DNA from: Eledone cirrhosa
Lineage: Eukaryota
Length of the DNA stretch: 64,000 nt
Direction of reading: 5' to 3'
NCBI GenBank assembly: GCA_964016885.1
Contig: OZ024765.1
Location: 18,352,001-18,416,000, forward strand
A program made the position numbers and the translations under genes. Position 1 is the first letter of the stretch. Each line of letters opens with the position of its first letter. Of the stretch, positions 57,901 to 64,000 are shown one piece after another. The notes beneath the pieces were generated by a model that worked only from the letters and a program-made list of their open reading frames with translations, made no database searches and was not told where the DNA came from.

Positions 57901-60900
57901 TGAACCATATCGCGAAACATTTTGTAAAGTATCTCTGTAATTATTCTCATTTCGATTTTCTGTAGAATGTATTGACGTTTAAGATAGAGACAATTGCCCT
58001 TCTTCTAATAATCTCTTTGTCCATTCCATGTTTTAGTCTCACAAAATATTGTTAATGCAAGATTTTGCTCTAATGTAATAAATGTTACTTTTAAAAGAGC
58101 GAAGTTCTCAATTTTCTTCTTTCTCTTGTATATTGATATCTAAAGGATGACAAATGTATGAATTATGTGATAGGGAGGAAAAAAGCCACGACCTTCTTCT
58201 CTCGTTACAGAATGCTAACTGACAACGTCTTTCGCAGGAGTGACTAGTACTACTGTCTTTTATATACCGTGACAACTGGAAAGACGTGACAAATAAGGAT
58301 ACACTCTGCTCTCCTTATCAACATTGTCCGAGTCTGAGGACCTTTCCTCCCTGGTTAAGGAGTGAGATAAAATATTAGGGATCAATCTCTAGCAATAATT
58401 TCATTAAATCATATTTAACCAGAGACTGTTATGTTGTGGTTGTTGCTATATTTTATAGTCGTGGTTTCAATGTTTAACAGTGGTTGTAGAATTAGCTTTA
58501 TCTAATTATTATCAAACAAAACAGATTTATATATTGTCGCCGTTGTACGTTAAAATCACATATATATTTATATACACACTAAGGATGGAGGGACGACGGA
58601 ATTGAAAACCATTATTGCTGAGTACATCACGGCAAGATCTAATACACACACACACACACACACTCTCCCGTATATATTTAATAATCAGCTATGACCATGA
58701 AAAAGGTCCCTGTAGATCATCTGGTTGTAGGATCTAATGAACCCGAAAGAAAGTGAAAATATATTTTATGAAAGCCCCAGAAGAAGAAATGTAAACATTG
58801 ACCCGATTATAGTAGAAATAAGAATGAGAAAGCCATGAACGCCAGCACATCTATTTTGCTTGGAAATTAAAAGTAGGTTTATAAATATTAATTTTTTCTT
58901 ATGTTCTTGTATCTGTTTGGTAGGTGTTAGAGACTATGTAGACACTGATGTGGTGTTCAATCTCAGTCCGAATCTGTACTATATATTTTTAAATTTAAAT
59001 TTTTCTCTAGTAAAGTAAAAAATGAAATTATTATCTATAGACTTTGACTGAAATCGAAACCCAGAGCAGATTCTTCACCGTCTCTAATACCTACAATTAG
59101 GCCACGGAGACAGATATAAAAACAGTGTGAAAATTAATATTTATAAAGTTACTTTTTTATTTTTGTTTTATACTATAAAAAATATAATACGACACACTGC
59201 CAGTGATTGAACCCAGGACATGAACATCCACCGGCTCTTATACTTACCACTAGGCTAAAGGGACGATTACAGAAACTTACTTAAAAATTGATATTTATAA
59301 ACCTACTTTTTCATTACTAGAAAAAACCGGAAGTGGAGAAAATTGAAAAACATCTTCTTTTTCTTCCTCTGATTTTTTTTTATCCAAAATTTGGATTTAA
59401 GTCAGAGACGAGTTATCGTTCGTGGCAAAAATCAGAGGAAGAAAAAGAAGAAGTTTTTCAATTTTCTCCACTTCCGGTTTTTTCTAGTATAGGTAAGTAA
59501 ATATTAATTTTCAAAAAATTTTTGTAACCGTCCCTGTGGCCTAATGGTAAGCACTAGAGACGGTGGAGATCCTGATTTAGGGTTCGATTTCCGTTAGGTT
59601 TTATACTATTAACTGCGTATTTGTTTCTTTTATTTAAGTAAGATTTGAACTAATAATGCTGTACTTTGTAGTAATGTCCCATATTATATTCAACATATTT
59701 TAATTAAAATTTATTTTTTTTATAAAAGAAAGAACAAAAAACCTTATTGAAATTAAGAAATTAATTTTATTCAGTAAAGTTGTTTTTATTTTGTTTTCAC
59801 TTCATTAACTGCTGAATACGTCTTTTGTTTTTGTTTTTGATTCTTTCTAACCATTGTTTACTGTGAATGGTGACTGCAACGAACCTGGATTATTACCAAG
59901 TTTCACTGGATGATTGTATTATTTTGTTGTCAGTGGACATCTGGACATCTATCTAAATACCTGGAATAAACACAAGGTGTATGTTTTACGTAACATTTCA
60001 TTTTAATGTCTGATGTTCCTGTATTTCACATTTAAAATGTAACCAAAAATAAACAAGACAGGGACGCTACATCAAAATAAACCACACAGACGAGGTACGA
60101 ATAATCTAAAATTAATTTTAACAAACTATAAACGATGTTTAAAGAGAGACGAACATTAAAATAGGATTTCAAACAAACACGTAAACACAAAGACAATTAC
60201 AGCCGCCATAATCTAATATCTGAAGATCAACATTTTTCACGATAGAAATAAAACTAAATATGTAAAGTTTAGTGGCCCCTGATTTACTTGCTTTTAATTT
60301 CATTTTGATAATCTGTATTCTGTAGACATATATTTATGATTTTAATGATGAAATTTCCTCTTGTCTTTAAAAGATTATTACTTATAAAAATTATAATAGT
60401 CACCTCCTCCTCTCGATTAATATGTAGCTTACCCACAGGGGTTCCTCAACTGGGCGGTTTCAACTGTTGGGTGCGCGATGAGCAGCTGAACAGAAAATTG
60501 AGGGCCATTGGAAACTTTGGTGGCCGATATAGAATTTTGAGATTTAAGAAGGTATGCTACCCGAAAACCTATTCAAGGAATATATGTAAAGAACCTGAAT
60601 AAAAATCAGGAAGCTAATTGGGAAAATTAAACCAGGAACAAACATTTACGAAACATATTTGGTATACTTTGAAATATTTACTATACAGGTGACTGGTGGA
60701 ACATTTTTTCATGTGAATGTGGGAAATGACGCCAAAATATTTGGCAACCCTTGGCTCACAACTTACTAAATGTTCTGGAGACAAGCCTCTTCGCTATATA
60801 TCATAGTTCTTCAATCCTTCATCTTCCACAGTTGGTGAAGTATTTCGATTTGATATGACGATCGCAGAGTTAGATTTAGGACGTGGTGGCGTTCATGGGT

Positions 60901-63900
60901 TTCTTAGTGTTGTTACTAGAAAGGGTCGACTCTGTCTTTCACACTTCAGGTTTTTTCATGAATTAAATATCCATTTTCTTTCTGATCGGTCTAACAATGA
61001 TTTGAACCTACAATGACTCCGTCTGTAATAATGTTCTCTTATTTGAAATATGCCATACCTAACTCCCGTGTCTGTGTGTGTGAAAAATATTCCAACTTAG
61101 AGCGACGTGCCCGTAAATTGTTTAGCCTGATTCCTATATATAGATAATGTGTAATATTTGAACCTTCATGGAGGGTCTTTGCCGTAATTTCCCGTAACTC
61201 CGACTAGAAGTCATTATGTAGTTTTTTCGTCCGTTAAAAATAATGATTAAAACAATTCTATATCCAGAGTTATATACACCCCTTCATCACATATTATATT
61301 ATTTCCACCAATAACTACATTATATCCTTAAATATGACACCAAGACATATAATTTGTAAATAAAAGATGAAATATTAAAACCTCAATTTTTAAATAATTT
61401 TACCCCACCTTTGTGTTCTCAGTGTTTAGATTAACCCATAATTTTATGATTTTGGAGCATATAACTTATAGTACCAGTCATGTACTGGGATCAATTTAAC
61501 GGATTGGTTCCTCCCCGCAAATTACTTGACATTTGCCTAAGTAAGACATACTCACAGAATGTATCGATGTATATGTATGAATGTATATATATATTAGTAT
61601 ATTTTATGTTTACAATAAAAATAGACAAACAATTTAATGATAATATGAAATGAAATTATTATTATTTATTAATAATATTTTTATTGTTTTCACTGCATTA
61701 ACTTCTGAGTGTGACTTTGTTTTTCTTACTATTTTCTACTGTAAATGGCGGCTTAATTGGATTATTACTAAGGTTTACTGGATTGTGGTGTTTCTTTATT
61801 GTTTTATATTTCAATCAGTGGACATCAGGATAGCTTTCTATATACCTGGGATAAATGTAAAGAGTACTGACTTTCATCTGCAGTTCAATGGTGATGTCTT
61901 CTTATATTTTCATTTACTTCTGCAATACTGTATATTGTAGTCTTTTCATTATTTTAAATATTTCTATCATGTCACTCGTTTGATATATCTCCCCGAAAGA
62001 TATAGTTATTCAGAGCTTTACATTGGAATAGTGTACTACTATTTAAATATTAGTCCTTTAAATATATATTTCTATCATGTCCCCCCCCCCACCCCCCCAC
62101 CCTCTTAGGTTTATCTCCTCTAAATTTGCAATCCCTAAAGTTTAACATCTTTCTTCAGAAGACAGATTTCTTAATAATTCTGGTGTTTTCTGTTTTGTTC
62201 TTTTCTGGATTCCTTCAATAGCTTCTCCGTATTTTCTGAAGTCGTCTGACCATGCCCCAAAACAATATTCTAGGTCGTATCACACATATCATTCAACTAG
62301 TGTTTTAGACCTCTCGACATTTAGCTAGGCAAAGGAATGTTTTATTATTCCTATCATCTGAATTCCTTTTTTTTCTTCAACATGTTTAGCCATCTTTAAA
62401 ATCATATTCATACATATTCACAATTCCTCGTGGAGGGGTATAAGAGACATGTATAAATATAGCTGCATATTACTACAAAATAACTTGAACCATATCGCGA
62501 AACATTTTGTAAAGTATCTCTGTAATTATTCTCATTTCGATTTTCTGTAGAATGTATTGACGTTTAAGATAGAGACAATTGCCCTTCTTCTAATAATCTC
62601 TTTGTCCATTCCATGTTTTAGTCTCACAAAATATTGTTAATGCAAGATTTTGCTCTAATGTAATAAATGTTACTTTTAAAAGAGCGAAGTTCTCAATTTT
62701 CTTCTTTCTCTTGTATATTGATATCTAAAGGATGACAAATGTATGAATTATGTGATAGGGAGGAAAAAAGCCACGACCTTCTTCTCTCGTTACAGAATGC
62801 TAACTGACAACGTCTTTCGCAGGAGTGACTAGTACTACTGCCTTTTATATACCGTGACAACTGGAAAGACGTGACAAATAAGGATACACTCTGCTCTCCT
62901 TATCAACATTGTCCGAGTCTGAGGACCTTTCCTCCCTGGTTAAGGAGTGAGATAAAATATTAGGGATCAATCTCTAGCAATAATTTCATTAAATCATATT
63001 TAACCAGAGACTGTTATGTTGTGGTTGTTGCTATATTTTATAGTCGTGGTTTCAATGTTTAACAGGGGTTGTAGAATTAGCTTTATCTAATTATTATCAA
63101 ACAAAACAGATTTATATATTGTCGCCGTTGTACGTTAAAATCACATATATATTTATATACACACTAAGGATGGAGGGACGACGGAATTGAAAACCATTAT
63201 TGCTGAGTACATCACGGCAAGATCTAATACACACACACACACACACTCTCCCGTATATATTTAATAATCAGCTATGACCATGAAGAAGGTCCCTGTAGAT
63301 CATCTGGTTGTAGGATCTAATGAACCCGAAAGAAAGTGAAAATATATTTTATGAAAGCCCCAGAAGAATAAATGTAAACATTGACCCGATTATAGTAGAA
63401 ATAAGAATGAGAAAGCCATGAACGCCAGCACATCTATTTTGCTTGGAAATTAAAAGTAGGTTTATAAATATTAATTTTTTCTTATGTTCTTGTATCTGTT
63501 TGGTAGGTGTTAGAGACTATGTAGACACTGATGTGGTGTTCAATCTCAGTCCGAATCTGTACTATATATTTTTAAATTTAAATTTTTCTCTAGTAAAGTA
63601 AAAAATGAAATTATTATCTATAGACTTTGACTGAAATCGAAACCCAGAGCAGATTCTTCACCGTCTCTAATACCTACAATTAGGCCACGGAGACAGATAT
63701 AAAAACAGTGTGAAAATTAATATTTATAAAGTTACTTTTTTATTTTTGTTTTATACTATAAAAAATATAATACGACACACTGCCAGTGATTGAACCCAGG
63801 ACATGAACATCCACCGGCTCTTATACTTACCACTAGGCTAAAGGGACGATTACAGAAACTTACTTAAAAATTGATATTTATAAACCTACTTTTTCATTAC

Positions 63901-64000
63901 TAGAAAAAACCGGAAGTGGAGAAAATTGAAAAACATCTTCTTTTTCTTCCTCTGATTTTTTTTTATCCAAAATTTGGATTTAAGTCAGAGACGAGTTATC

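Larger units (their letters stand above)
50249..64000. repeat. ~4.57-kb tandem macrosatellite: 3 complete units plus the start of a 4th
   Basis: Marker ATCCAAAATTTGGATTTAAGTC at 50257, 54809, 59382 and 63965 (periods 4552, 4573, 4583). An identical 96-aa chance ORF recurs in each unit. Confidence 0.98.

Noticed and set aside
50249-64000. snRNA, 5S rRNA or histone gene tandem cluster (tempting next to SNAPC1)
   Set aside because: I could not find U1/U2/U4/U5/U6, 5S or histone sequence on either strand; only trivial short matches such as ATACTTACC. An Rfam scan would settle it.

Overview
Repeat-dense eukaryotic (animal) DNA. The SINE, LINE and microsatellite make-up suggests a mollusc, probably a cephalopod (inference). 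One host gene is supported: a + strand SNAPC1 (SNAP43) orthologue with 8 predicted coding exons (9022-30598, about 325 aa, all GT-AG, frame-consistent), including a candidate 18-nt microexon. The rest is transposon debris: tRNA-derived SINEs of Nin/Deu-like and CORE/Meta-like type, RTE, CR1, CRE-like and Penelope-like fragments, Tc1/mariner, a Helitron remnant, and piggyBac-, pogo- and hAT-like MITEs. Three things stand out. (1) At least seven separate minisatellites are each an amplified slice of a recognisable transposon, some bounded by visible microhomology. (2) A ~4.57-kb head-to-tail macrosatellite (3+ copies, running off the window end) has a junction that is a long palindrome carrying CCGGAAGTG motifs, flanked by divergent tRNA-like A/B-box modules. 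(3) A minimal hammerhead ribozyme lies at 40413-40465 (-). Nearly all long ORFs in the track, including the 1296 and 1258 aa ones, are repeat artefacts. Everything was read by eye; no database searches were run.
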